A DNA stretch of 64,000 nt from the human T2T-CHM13v2.0 reference genome, Homo sapiens (GCF_009914755.1 NC_060928.1), one strand, 5' to 3'. Positions 1 to 15,315 are shown, counted from the first letter of the stretch. Program-made: numbers and translations. The notes: generated by a model not told the origin, from the sequence alone.

Positions 1-1564
1 AAGCTTTAATCAGTTCTTGAGCAATCTTAGGATCTAACATTTCTCCTCCTGTATTTTGAAAGCCCCAGTGAGTTTACATTCTCAGAGGACCTTATTACCA
101 GCAAGGCCCGGAGTCCCAAGAGTAAAAAACATCTTCCTCTCCTCTGTCAGGGGTGATGAGGGTAAGGTGGTGTCTAGAGGCCCAGCCACACCAAATTTTC
201 AACTGGGACAGTTATATCAGATGCCCCTTAATCGCCTCTATTTGCAAACGTCTACCAATGTGTTCTGTGCTACATCTCATACTTACCTCCTACTGTGTCC
301 AGCCCTATTATCTGTGCCTTACAACATAGATTAACCCATCATATTTACTCATTCCTGTCCATATTCGCTCTCATCTTCCCCACTATCTCCTCCTGTTTTC
401 TCATCATTTTCCTATTATTAAAAACAGAACAACTGTCACATTTTCTGGACAGCACCTTTTATTTCAGTGTTCTTTTGGTGTTCGCCTTCTCTGCTGACTA
501 TATTTCCCAGACAAGCCCATTTACTCTTTGGTATTGTTAGAAAATGTTATTAAGATCACATACCTTGGTTGACCACTAACTTGTGAAATCTTACTTTAAT
601 CTGGCCCAACTGTCCATTCAGAAACTCTCTCAATCATCCTTTATTTACACATTTCCCATAGTTGACTGTTGTGGACCATTTCTACACAAGCTAGCTTTCT
701 AAATACTATCCTTACTCACAGTAGATGATGTTGCTTAAAACAATCTTATTTGAATTTCTATAAAATACTCCCTACTACCTCCAGAAATCTTTTTTCACTA
801 TTCTCCTTACCGGAATGTTCTTTCTTCTACAGATCATTCCAACTCCACAACTGGTCTAAATCCTTCAAATTTACCATTTCCTTATTGTCTTCTTGACTGT
901 TCCAGGATCTTCTCTAAGTATTCATGGAAATATTTATAACTCTTATTTACACTTATCCTTTGCTTCCTAGTGTTAATTATCTTACAAAATTTTAAAAGAA
1001 ACATAATAAATATCCTCCAAGAAATTTTAAGGAGGATTCTGGTGACATGAAGAGGAAATGGAAGTTATATCAAAAAAACCGGATGGTTTTTATATAAATA
1101 ATACAAAATTTGAAATGAAACAATTATGAATTGGGATGAAAAGACAGAGTGGATACAAAATAAACAAATTACTGAGCAAGAATATTATATTTCAAAATTC
1201 TCCCAGAAGAGAGAAAATTAAAATTCTCCAGCTTTTTTGATTTCATGTATCTATACACATACATGCAAACACAAAATAAAACAAAAATGTAATAAAATAA
1301 AAAAAGAAACTTTCCCAGAAAAACATTTAAAAAGTTAAAAAAAAATGAAAAACTAAGTAAAATGGAGAGAAATATCAAGCCTGTTTAATAAAAATTCCAG
1401 AAAGAAAAATAAAATAATTAGAGGGAAGAAAATATTTGAATAAATGGTAAAAACTTTCCAAAAATAAAAATCAGAAATCTCAGACTAAGAGTTCTTACAG
1501 AGTACCAAAGGAGCAAAAAGATCAACAACACCTAAACACGTTAGTAAGATTTTATAGAATCTGA

Positions 1565-3600
1565 AGATTCAATACAATTTCTTTCAAAAAGCCAATGTCA
1601 TTTTCCACAGAAATACAAAACACAATCCTAAAATTTGTATGGACTCAGAAAAAACTCAGAATACCCAAAGTAATCTTAAGCAAAAAGAACAAAGCTGCAG
1701 GCATCACACTCCCTAATTTCAAAGTATATAATAAACTACCGTAATCAAAACAGCATGGTACTGGCATAAAAATAAAAACATCAACCAATGTAATAGGATA
1801 GAAAGCACAGATAATTGACATATTTACTGTCAATTGATTTTCAACAAATGTGCCAAGAACACATGATAAGGAAAAGACGATCTCTTTAATAAATGGTGTT
1901 GGAAAAACTGAATATCCACATGCAGAAGAATGAAATTGTTCCCTTATCTCACACTGTATACATAAATCAACTCAAAATGGATAAAAGACTTCAGTGTAAG
2001 ACATGAAACTGTAAAGCTACTAGAAGAAAACAGGGGAAAAGCTCCATGGTATTGGTTTGGGCAATATTTCTTTTTTCTTTTTTTCTTTTTTTTTCCTGGG
2101 CTTAGCTCTGCTGAAGAGGCAATGATTCCTTGGATAGGACTCTAAAAGCACAGGCAGCAAAAGCAAATATAGACAAATGGGACTGCATCAAGCTAAGAAG
2201 CTTCTGCAGAGTAAAGGAAACAATTAACAGTGAAGAGACAACCCACAGATTGGGAGAATACATTTATAAACCATACATTTGATAAGAGGCTAGAAACAAA
2301 TATATATTGGATAAAACTCAATAGTAAGAAAACAAATAACTGGATTAAAAATGGTCAAAGAATCTGAACAGACATTTTTCAAAAGATAGGATACAAATGG
2401 TCAGCAGATATATTTAAAAATTCTCAACATCTTTAATCATCAGGGAAATGCAAATGAAAACTACAGTGAGAATGTCAGAATGGCTATTATCAAAAGACAA
2501 AAGCATTGGTGAGGATGTGGAGAAAAGGGAACCCTTGTACACTGTTGGTGGGAATGTAAATTAGTACAGCCATTTTGGAAAATAGTATGGAGGTTCCTAA
2601 GAAAATTAAAAGAACTACCATATAATCCAGCAATCTCACTACTGAGAATGGAATATGTCCAGTATGTGGATGAGACATCTGCACTTCCAAATTCATTTCA
2701 GCATTATATTCACAATAGTCAAGATATGGAAGCAACCTAAGTGTCTATCAACAGAGAAATGGATAAAATAAAAATGGTGTGTATATGTGCAAGGGAATAC
2801 TATACAACCCTTAAAAAGGACAATTTGTCCTTCACAACAACAGAGATGGGACTGGAGAACATTATGCTGAGTGAAATAAGCCAGGCACAGAAAGATTAAT
2901 ACTGCATGATTTTACTTATATGTGGAATCTAAAAAGTTGATGTCATAGAAACAGAGAGCGAAAGGGGGTTACCAAAGGCTGGTGAAGAGGGAGAATGATG
3001 CGGAAAGGAAAATGTTAATCAAAGGATAGAAAATCTCAGTTACACAAAAGGAATAAGTTTTTATGATCTATTGCACTGCATGGTGACGACAGTTAATAAT
3101 AATGTACTGAATACAGTAATCCCCCCTTGTCTGTTGTTTTGCTTTCCAGTTTCAATTACTGTGGTCTGAAAATATTAAAGAAAACTACCAGATGAAAAGA
3201 ACTCATAAGTTGGAAATTGTTCTATTTAAATGTATGTATACATTTATTTATAATTGTTTTATTTTATTAATAGTTGTTAATCTCTTACTCTGCTTAATTT
3301 ATAAATTAAACTTCATCATAGATATATATATGTAAGAAAAAGCATGATATATATATATAGGGTTTGGTACTATCTGTGGGTTTAGGAATCCACTGGGGGC
3401 CTTGGGATGTATCCCCCATGGATAAGGGAGGACTGTAGTATTTCAAATTTGTTTTAAAAATAGATTTTTAACATTCTTACCACAAAAAATAAATTGGTGA
3501 GGTGATGGATATGTTAATCAGCTTTAATTTTTCTACAAAGTGTACATTTTACCCCATAAATATACACAATTGTTATTTATCAATTAAAAATAAATAAATC
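1565..3600 (+). mobile_element. L1MA-type LINE-1, ORF2 3' part plus 3'UTR (interrupted by MER44)
   Basis: Degenerate ORF2 sequence (aagaacaaagctgcaggcatcacactccct..., gatgtggagaaaagggaaccc...) and an A-rich end near 3590. Flanked by atagaatct at about 1554 and 3610. Confidence 0.85.
3114..3435. mobile_element. MER44-like TcMar-Tigger MITE
   Basis: Terminal inverted ends cagtaatccccccttgtc... and ...ggataagggaggactg with TA flanks. Confidence 0.75.
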
Positions 3601-3653
3601 AGAAAAAATATAGAATCTAAGACAAACAGCAAGTTTTAAAAGATATCAAAGAG

Positions 3654-4296
3654 TGGATGTGGAGAAATAGGAAGACTTTTACACTGTTGGTGGGACTGCA
3701 AACTAGTTCAACCATTGTGGAAGTCAGTGTCGCGATTCCTCAGGGATATAGAACTAGAAATACCATTTGACCCAGCCATCCCATTACTGGGTATATACCC
3801 AAAGGATTATAAATCATGCTGCTATAAAGACACAGGTACACGTGTGTTTATTGTGGCACTATTCACAATAGCAAAGACTTGGAACCAACCCAAATGTCCA
3901 ACAATGATAGACTGGATGAAGAAAATGTGGCACATATACACCATGGAATACTATGCAGCCATAAAAAATGATGAGTTCATGTCCTTTGTAGGGACATGGA
4001 TGAAGCTGGAAACCATCATTCTCAGCAAACTATCCAAGGACAAAAAACCTAACACCGCATGTTCTCACTCATAGGTGGGAATTGAACAATGAGAACACAT
4101 GGACACAGGAAGGGGAACATCACACACCAGGGCCTGTTGTGGGGTGGGGGGAGGGGGGAGGGATAGCATTAGGAGATATACCTAATGTTAAATGACGAGT
4201 TAATGGGTGCAGCACACCAACATGGCACATGTATACATGTGTAACAAACCTGCACGTTGTGCACATGTACCCTAGAACTTAAAGTATAATTAAAAA
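3654..4296 (+). mobile_element. 5'-truncated L1PA (young primate L1) 3' end with 16-bp TSD
   Basis: ORF 3715..4074 is the L1 ORF2 C-terminus, followed by a G-rich 3'UTR and poly(A). TSD aaaagatatcaaagag at 3638-3653 and 4297-4312. Confidence 0.95.
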
Positions 4297-4427
4297 AAAA
4301 GATATCAAAGAGAAAGAAGATATCTCAGACTGACATCAGAACTCTAAATAGACATGTTGGTATCAAAAAGACAAAACATCACAGATTTAGATGTTTTGAA
4401 GGAAATAAACTTAAAACTTATACTTTT

Positions 4428-4466
4428 TCTTTTTTGAGACAGAGTCTAGCTCTGTCTCCCAGGCTG
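4428..4466 (-). mobile_element. 39-bp Alu 3' tip with 15-bp TSD
   Basis: tttttgagacagagtctagctctgtctcccaggctg, flanked by aaaacttatactttt at 4413-4427 and 4467-4481. Confidence 0.85.
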
Positions 4467-4555
4467 AAAACTTATACTTTTATATGCAACTGAACCACCA
4501 TGGAAATATGAGGGCATAACTAACCATGATTAACATATGTTCAGGCACACAAGCA

Positions 4556-5046
4556 CTGGATATTTTCTGTTTGTCCACCCTTTCTGCACCACTGTGCTCC
4601 GTGTCTGAATCAAGGAGCACCTTTGTCTTTTGATTGTGCTTGAGGAATGAAGACTGCTAGCAGATCAGAGGGAGGAAGGAGTTAGGTCAGCATATTAATG
4701 TTTATGAGACTCTCCATGAGGGGTAGCAAAGGTTGGTGGCATTTTTCTACCCAGGACAATAGCACTTACAGGCAGTTCTTTCCACACAATTCTCTCTCTC
4801 TCCCCCTGTCTCTCTCATTTTTTTTTCTCTTCCTCCTCTTCCTTTTCTTTCTTTTCCATCTTCTTGCCTCCCCTTCAGGCCCAGGGGTGGAAAGGGTGCT
4901 TTGTTGTTATTAGCAGCTAGGTACACTAATCCTTTTGTTTTTCTGTATCCTGCTCAAGCCTTTGTAAGGAGTCCCTTTATTTATCTCTCTTCAAATTACT
5001 CAGTTTGAACGTGTCATCTGTTTCTGGACAGCACCCTGAATGATAA
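4556..5046 (+). mobile_element. LTR33-like ERVL solo LTR
   Basis: 3' end tttgaacgtgtcatctgtttctggacagcaccctgaatgata resembles the LTR33 terminus. Confidence 0.55.
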
Positions 5047-7399
5047 ACATAGCCTCAAGAGGTTTGTTATGTAAGCATACATTAGAAAACATTTTTGAAG
5101 AAAGTTTTGTGAAGGCTTCTATTAAACATACGGGCCATAAGGATGAGTAAATAATCTATTTTTAACTTCTACAATCTATTCTCAACTTCCAAAAGCCTTA
5201 TTAATCCAATTCTTCCTTTTTGTAGCATGCTTTATTTATGGTTTTATAAAGGGAATTTCTTATTAAATCTCTATAAGAATACAAAACAATTCCTTTCTAA
5301 TTTTTTGTCACCTTGAATTATTTGATTATTCTAGTTAGTTTTCTATCTCTTCATCTTAGTTTTTTTCTTCCATTTTTCAGGGTTTCTAAAATATCAATGA
5401 TCCTTTAAGAGTGCAGAAATGTGAAGCTGACCAAAAACTCTGTACATAGGTTGAGGGTGGCAAATGGCTGGCTTTGACTTAGGGTTATTGTGAATCTGAT
5501 CATCACACTTGGGCACTACAGTATTCTAGAACACTGAGGTGTCTGCCAATATCTCCCCAGACTCCTTTAATTTCCTTCAAGAAGAAATGCATGTGTATAT
5601 TTGGGATGGGAATGTTAAGCACTGAGGAATAAACACCTTCCTGGTAGCCATTCAATTTATGGCAGAAGATGGAATAGACAGTGATGTCTAACTCTTCTGG
5701 AGACATATCATTAATTCTTCCACTACTGTGGTCTGCTGTGGGCAGAGCCTGTGACTTTCTCTCTTTTTTTTCATGATTTCAATGCTTTAATCAACATCTA
5801 GGTTTTATCAGGATATTTATTGAAAATTTGTATTCACTGTGGCTATCCTCTCTTTTTCATCATGTTTGTGCATCTGTACATTTGCTGTTCCTTTAATATC
5901 ATTTTGATAGGATCTCAGTAGGGGGAGAAATAAATATGTTTACATAGTCTGCTATTTTAAGTAAGAAATCATTCCTTAATTGTTTTTGAGCCACTCAGGC
6001 TGTTGGAGTTTAGAGAACATCTGTTACACTTGAAACGCCTCCTCCCTACAGACAAGAGATATAACTGGGTGCTTCTCAGATGTTCCTTTTCCTTGAAACT
6101 CCTTCATTAAAAAATCACCTTTGCCAGTTCGTTAAAAATTAATTTTTAAAATAGTTTATTTATATATAAGTTTTCTTAATAGTTTTGTAAACACGGCAGC
6201 AGCCAAGGATTCTGGCATAGTGACAGAAGCCACGAGACTCAGAACACGGGAATTCATTTACTTCTGTGCTCTGGTAATTCTAATGATTCAAATAGGGTCA
6301 TTTTTTGTCATCTTATTTCATTTGCTTTTATTTTTTTTTCTTTTTTAGATACATCATAATCTCAGTTCTAGAACACAAAAATTTCTGTGAACAAAGGCAG
6401 AAAGGGGCCTGAGATTCAAGCCAGGAAATCCATGTCTGTTTTTAAAGCTATGAATCACCTGTTCTATATGACTTTTGCCAGCCAACCCTTTTCAATCTGT
6501 TCTAGTTCAGAATAGAAAGGATTTTCTTGATCTTGAGATGGAAGGAGACTGGCTAGATCTGACACAGAGCAGGAGCTCCAAAAAATATCTGTTGAATAAG
6601 TCAATGAGAACAACACACTGTCAGTTTACACTTCTTAATGGATGGGTATGGTGTTTGTTTTTTAACATGTGAAGGACTCCTGTACTCTCCATAAAACCTA
6701 CAAATATGGCATTTGAAAAGTAGGTGAACTGCTTTTTTTACTCTACTAATAGCAATAACTTTTTAAATATTGTATTTAAAGAGCATGCTAGTCTTACAGA
6801 TAATTGAATTAAACGGCTTCAGGTTAAACTTCAGGGCAGTAAAGCAGAAAATCATCATAAGCCTACTTCGGCAAGCTGAGAATGTAAAAATAACTCTTTA
6901 TGGAGTGATAAATAAAGGAATTTTATTTTTGCAGACTATATGGAGTAGGCCAGGTTAAGCATTAGGGGTAACTTTCTGAATGTGTAGTTTTCACATTTTA
7001 TTAGCATGACTTCACCTGCCACACGTGGCGATAAACATTCTTTGAAAATATAGATCATATGAGAATGTAATATCATTTATTTGGTTACTCCTCTACTGGC
7101 AGGCACTCAGAATTTTTTCCTATTGTTGAATTATTGTTTCTATTATGAACAACAGAACACATAGTTTTCAACAATTTATTCAATACATTTAGAGGACTTT
7201 TGATAATGCACTCTTTGAAAACTTCCCCATTGCTAAAAGATAAGAAAGAACAATTCATAATGATAAAATGGCCAATCATAAAGGAAGATCTGAGAATCCT
7301 ATGTGTACATGTACCTGATAACATAGCCTTAACACACTAGCAAAAGCTGGTATCTTTAAAAGGAGAAATAAGCCAATATAAGGCATAGTGGAAGACTCT

Positions 7400-8870
7400 A
7401 ACACACCTCTCTCAGTAACTGACAATCTAGGCAATCATGGGACCACAGGTGCAGGAGTGATGTGGAGCTATGTGCTACCTGTCTGTGCAGTTCATCTGTG
7501 CCCTCCTGATCTGTGGGATTCTGGATGTACCATTTCCATTTCATTATGAATTAATTATTTCTGAGACTGCCCATGCTTAACACTTGTTGGGTAAGACAAT
7601 AAGACAGTACCCAACACACGATAAGAAGTTTTGGCTACATAGTCACTTCATAGTAGCTCACTTGGTCTCTTTAGGGGCCAGTAGCATTTCAGGCACTACC
7701 TTTTGATGATAAATTATTTGCTGCAAATAGCATGGGCTTGCTTCAGAAATACAGCGATAAGCACTATAACTTCTTAACTAGTACCTGTCAGAGGCTCCAC
7801 ATTGCATCTTTATCTAATATCGATGCCTTAGTACTATGGAATTTTATGGATCATATGATCCAAGTAACAGACTTTTCTCCTACTACAACCTGAATTATTG
7901 AATCTCTAATTCATATGGTTCAAATGACAGAGTTGCTTTGATTACAACCTTACCTGCTGCAGAGCTCTTTCTAGCTCTGGGACACACTCATATCTAGCAG
8001 CCTACCATTTCACCAATAAAATGATCAAAACATGGTTCTCTAGAAAAGAGTATCAAATACAAAGAGGCCTCCCAAGAATTGTACTTCTTTGTTAGTGGTA
8101 GGAAGTTCAAGGTACAAAAATCCATAATTTTCTTTGAAAGACCTCTAAAAACTTCACCAACATGGCATCCTCTAAATCTGTAAGTTTTATCACTGTTATC
8201 TCCCACTTTCTGGGGTACATGTTTCCCAATAGTACAGAGTCCTTGCTATATACATGTAGCAAGTGTGTGTGTGTACACACACACACATACACACACATAT
8301 ATATACACCATATATATATATTCATAGTATCAGATACAAGTACTATAATGTCATAGAGGACCAATATTATCTTCTGTGGAATATCCAGACACTTCATGTT
8401 CCTTTGGGCTATCCTGTAAAGTAACAGACAGATAAACATAATTTTTGTTAAGACAATAGAATATACATTGTTGTTTATTCCATGTGAATGTAGATTACTG
8501 CTTATTCTCCTTCTTAACAGGCATTGAAAACAAAGCAATGGCCAGATCAATAGCTGCATAGAGCATACTAGACGCTGTGGTAATCTGCTCCAGTAAAGAT
8601 ACCACATTCAGCACAGCACAGCACTTGGGGCTACTACTTGTTTGTGGCAGTCTACGTCATGTATTGTGATCCATTTAGGTTCTGCAGGAGTCAATCATAT
8701 TAGTGAATCCAATGAAGATATGATGGGTATATATGCAGTATCATTTAAACCTCTGAGTGCAGCACCAATCTCTGTTGTTCACCTGGGGCCAAAATATTAT
8801 TTTTAATTCACTCTCTTGACTGGTGGTGGTGGGTAGCGCAGTTTTAAAAGCCTCCACTAGGCTTTTCCTA
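7400..8870 (-). mobile_element. Degenerate ERVL-class internal pol (reverse transcriptase) remnant
   Basis: Minus-strand peptides VVSLLEQITTASSMLYAAIDLAIALFSMP (about 8520-8605) and LDIPQKIILVLYDIIV...WEITVIK...VKFLEV resemble ERVL RT motifs (AAIDLANAFFSIP; LVHYIDDIML; WEINPTK; VKFLG). Confidence 0.7.
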
Positions 8871-8949
8871 CTATGGATACTCTTCTTCGGGTCAAGGAAC
8901 CAGTATGAAGAGTTGTCATTTTTACATTGCAAAATGAAATTCCTTCGTG

Positions 8950-10640
<1,691 letters not shown>

Positions 10641-12942
10641 AATGGTCTTGGGACTAGTAATTAATCTTTAATCAAACTAGTATGTATAACACTGGTGTTC
10701 TGAACCATATCAAACTATGGCAAAAAAAGGAGCTACCCTTCATAGTATAATCAAAAGGGACATGAACTGTGAATATTTCTCAGAAGATCATATCTATTTA
10801 TAGAGTGGAGAAAAGATACTGACCTCTGTTTGGCACAATGATCCATAATGAAATAAAAGGCTTAGAGGTCTGAGCGGTGAAACGTACTTTTTTACTGCTT
10901 TCGCAAATGTTTTACCTAAATGCTAATAGATGAAAAACTAGTTTTCTGTACCACTCCCAACCCTACCTCCTGGATCCAACAAAACCTTTTCAATTTTCAC
11001 TCCAAGCACCAGGTAAAGGAAAACCAGATGGATAAAATGAGTGACAGGCAGCCTGTGGCAGAGACAAAAGGGGAAAAAAGCAGATGGCTGAGTAGAAGAC
11101 AAAGGGAGTAAAAGACTCAGGGACTGTAAAGTCAGGGAAAAGAGAACAAAAGGCAGTAGTCAGGTTCCTTTTGCAAATCCAGGGTGAACTCTCTATGCAC
11201 TCACAGGCTGTGTTATATCAGTGTATGGACTCAACGTCCAGATGAGACTCACAGCTTCTTTGGCTAATAGTAGGACATTTTCAGGAACAGATTGGACCAC
11301 ATTTACCTTTTGAATCTTTATAACAGAGCAAAGGGATTATATGTTTAAAGGACAAAAACAGTGTGCTATTACTACTTCTGTTTCTAAAACAGCTTTGATG
11401 CAATGTAAGCAAATTTTTTTAAAAAAAAAAACTTTCATAAGATGTCTGGAAATTTTACAGTAAATATTTAAGGTATTACCTAATATCTAAATATTTAGGA
11501 ATTAAAAGAAACTTCTAACCTTAATAATTACATGGTCAATAACAGTGCTGATTTATCTGTTTTTCATTAAGTCATATTTAGAGCATGTATACACCAAATG
11601 TAGAAAGGATTATATGAATATTTACCGACTGAGTAAGGATAACCAAAATCAGTGAATCCAATTCATTTTTAATGGTTTAATGTTTAATGATAATCATTGT
11701 TTTGCCATAGGGTAACTAGACCTGACAGGCAGTTTATATAAATAACCCATAAATAGTCCACATCAGTAGAAACTAAACAATCAGTCTCTCTCTTTTCTCT
11801 TTGTGAATTTTGCAGTGTCATATTGACAGTTTTTCATAATACTGCACACTGCTTCATCTTTGTCTTTTTCAGGCATGCTTCACTGACATATAAAAAATTA
11901 AATGTCTGTATCTTGAAGATCCCAATAGTTAGTTCCTTGGTTACCAAATCTTAAAGCTTTACCTGTAAAATGTCCTATAGGCTCTTAAGCTTCTCTTCCT
12001 TTCTATTACCTGGCTGGGAGAGTAAGTGCTAGAAAACTGGAAGCAGAATAAACACTGGCTGTGAGGTTGCGGCTGGACTTTGGGAGTCTTAGCTGTTGAA
12101 AGGAAAATGACAGGGTGCTGTGATGGTGGCCTCTGTATCCATGACATTTGGGAACCAGAGAGAAGATTGAAGAGACAAGGATTGCACTTAAGGGAGGCTG
12201 GGGGAAGGAATATGGGTGAGGAACTCTATTTTCTTCCTGACCTAGCTCTTGAGGGTCAGCCTTGGGCACAGTACAATTTCATGGGCTTGGAGTTGATTCA
12301 CTCCCTCATCTACTAACTGCACAGAAAATTCCTTTTATATAAGAAATCCCATCAGTGAAAATAAGGGGCTTAAAAAGATAACCCTATGTGATAGTTTTGT
12401 CTAAATATATCACAGAAATGAGGCTCCCCAAACTTTCTTCTTTTGATTAGAGAAACCAGTTACAACACAGATATGAAGGGAAAGTTGGGCAGGGGTTGGG
12501 GAGAGTCTCAGAAAGGAAAAGAGAACACAAACGGGAGATGTGAGACATGGGGAGCTTATGCCTCAGAGCTTGAGGCTGCTTTAGAGTACAAAGGGCTTGT
12601 CTGCTCATGCCTCATTTTATTCTGGCAGCAACTCCGTGAAGTGGAGGGGGCATCACCTCCAGTTTACACAGGAAAACATGAAGGCTTAAAAAGGCGACGT
12701 TACTTGCCAGTCATACAACAAGGCAGCAAGGTAACTGGCAGAACCATACAAAGCTCCAGTACAGGCATCTTCCTCTAAGTCTCATTCATCCGTCACTTGG
12801 CTGCTTCTCCCTTTGCTTTGACTTTATGATTGTGGCACAGACCTCATGTGTAAGAGACTGTATTACCTAAATTCAACAGTGCACTAAAAATCACATTACA
12901 GCATTGAAGTATTAACTTAATTTTCAAGGAAGAAGATATTAT

Positions 12943-12948
12943 TTTATT
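12943..12948 (-). promoter_or_regulatory. Candidate QRFPR polyadenylation signal AATAAA
   Basis: tttatt on the + strand, about 700 nt downstream of the stop and after the 3'UTR Alu. Usage cannot be shown from sequence alone. Confidence 0.4.
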
Positions 12949-13095
12949 TTCTTATTCAATCTAGCAATACATAGTCACATTACAGTGACTGCGTGGGAGA
13001 AAAACTGCTAGCTAAGAACCCTGATTTCTGTACAAGATTTTTAAAAATCCACTGAAATAATCTTAAAAGTATGGTTTACGAATTTTTCAAAAAAA

Positions 13096-13385
<290 letters not shown>

Positions 13386-13402
13386 TTCCATGTTGCTTTT
13401 TT

Positions 13403-13502
13403 AAGGCTAGTCAAGTGAAGCAGTGGGAATGAGAAGGAACACAGAAATCTGTTAAATGATTGTGATCAATTGGTTGTAAACATCACTGCACTTGGACTAG
13501 CC
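13403..13502 (-). pseudogene. Y3 RNA (RNY3) retro-pseudogene in the QRFPR 3' UTR region
   Basis: The minus strand reads GGCTAGTCCAAGTGCAGTGATGTTTACAACCAATTGATCACAATCATTTAACAGATTTCTGTGTTCCTTCTCATTCCCACTGCTTCACTTGACTAGCCTT followed by A6. This is collinear with the recalled human Y3 RNA over its full length. Confidence 0.93.
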
Positions 13503-13645
13503 TCGTGTCATTTTTTAATGGAAACATGATTTGTTTTCTTCTTGTCATCATCTTAAGAATAAAAAGAGTATTTGACCTTTGCTCAAAATAATTTTCTCTT
13601 TGGGTTACAATCTGAAGGGCATTAATTATGAAGATATTGTTATAA

Positions 13646-14046
13646 TTAATGCCCACTGTCTAAAGGAGAATTCTCAGCCAGTTCAGACCTAAAGAGAGCA
13701 AGATGTCGTTTGAGCTTTTTCTTCTCCTCTGTCTGTTCACACAATTTGACTTCAATGTTGCCATCACTGAATGCTTCTCCTTTGGTTTCCTCCACTGGAT
13801 TCTCTCTGAGGGAAAACTTTGCTTTCTTCCGCATCATTGTAATTCCTGAATTTCCATGCCTTTGTGCTGGAGAGAAGGTTTTATTTACTATGCAATAACA
13901 AACTGCAGACAAAACATTTTTTTTGAAGTTTTCATTCATAAATGCATAGACAATGGGATTACAGATGGAGTTGGAAAATCCAATAATTTGCACGATAGCA
14001 AAAATCATCTTGATTGTGACATCATCATATTCCTTTTCAAAATTAC
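13646..14046 (-). CDS. QRFPR: QRFPR last coding exon 6 (401 nt to TAA; TM7 NPIVY and C-tail ending SPLDSGH)
   Basis: NPxxY motif in ORF 13646..14008(-). Acceptor is tttatttcAG|GTAAT and the stop is at 13646-13648. Exons 2-6 total 956 nt and stay in frame across all junctions. Confidence 0.97.
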
Positions 14047-14757
14047 CTGAAATAAAGTAATATTTTAGAATGTACGTTTATTTTAAGGAGTATAAAATAA
14101 AACTTCTGTTTGTCACCTGTCAAAGACTTAAACTTGTACAAGTATCTGAAGGTGTGAAAAGTTCTCAAGATCGTTTTGGGAGAGGCATCTGATATCTGAA
14201 TAAAAACAACCTTTGTGATGAGTCTTCACTTAGAGAATCTAGGTTTACATGCGTAGCCTGGTGTCCAGCATATAGTAGGGGGCTTATAGCATTGCAGCTT
14301 GATAACTCCAAGCTTCATGTAAACTGGAAGCAGCAGTAACCCTTCAAATGTTCACTTGCCTTAGAGAAACAAAATCATACTGAGAACCATGGTAAGTCCT
14401 GGGTTATCAGAAAGAATATACTGCAGGTCTGACTGTTCAAGTCAGGGTTCTAAATGGGAAATGCTAATAGGATGTCACTCCTTTCCCAAAGTTTAAATAG
14501 CCTAGGGAGAACAGAAGGAGTAACATGGGAGAGGAATCTCAAAGCTTTGATCTTCTGTAATTATTAAAGATTTAGTCATAGTCATACACAATGACCTACC
14601 ACATAATGACCTTGTGATCTTGAAGACATGAAAGAAATATATGAAATGTTAGGTATTTGATTATCCAAGTGAACAGCGACACATTTCAAAGATTCATTGT
14701 CTATTCTAGCAGGAAATGAATGAGAATGTCTATCAAATGAGAATGACAAGCACTCAC

Positions 14758-14855
14758 TGTATTCAATCATCATATGGACAACATGGAATGGTGCCCAGCA
14801 CACAGCAAAGAGAGCCACCACTGTCACCATCATAATGACAGCTCGTTTCTTCTTC
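14758..14855 (-). CDS. QRFPR: QRFPR coding exon 5 (98 nt; KKKRAVIMMVTVVALFAVCWAPFHVVHMMIEY, TM6)
   Basis: CWxP motif in ORF 14582..14875(-). Acceptor is gtttAG|GAAG and donor is ACA|GTgagt. Confidence 0.97.
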
Positions 14856-15315
14856 CTAAACCCACAAGGAAACATTGTATTAGTTAACTTCTCCTTGGCA
14901 AATGTGCCAGCTTGATAGCAAAGCTATTAAAGTCTGAGCTTAGTTCACTCAAACATAATTTTTAAATTAAGCTCACGATAGGTTATTCGTGGGCTGATTA
15001 TCATCTTTTCCTATTGATATTACCCTCACATCATAAATGTTCTTTGAATGTCTGCTCATTATGGATCTGGCACTCTGCTAGATGCATGACATGGATAATG
15101 TCATTAATTTTCCCAATAAGGCATTTGATAGATGCAGAAATTGAGACACACAGAAGGTTAATTAATTTGCGAAGTTAGATGGCTAGTAAAGGCTGTATCT
15201 TGGATGTGAATTTAGGAAGTCTAACTTCTGTGACTTCAATATGAAGCTCTTACTCACTTTATATTAAAGAGCATTCATGCCTGTGGTAGTAAAATATCAA
15301 TATTTATAAAATATG

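Noticed and set aside
3715-4074. 119-aa ORF
   Set aside because: C-terminal fragment of L1 ORF2 in a 5'-truncated insertion.
13710-14050. + strand ORFs overlapping exon 6 (also 24717..25009 over exon 2)
   Set aside because: Antisense shadows of QRFPR coding exons.
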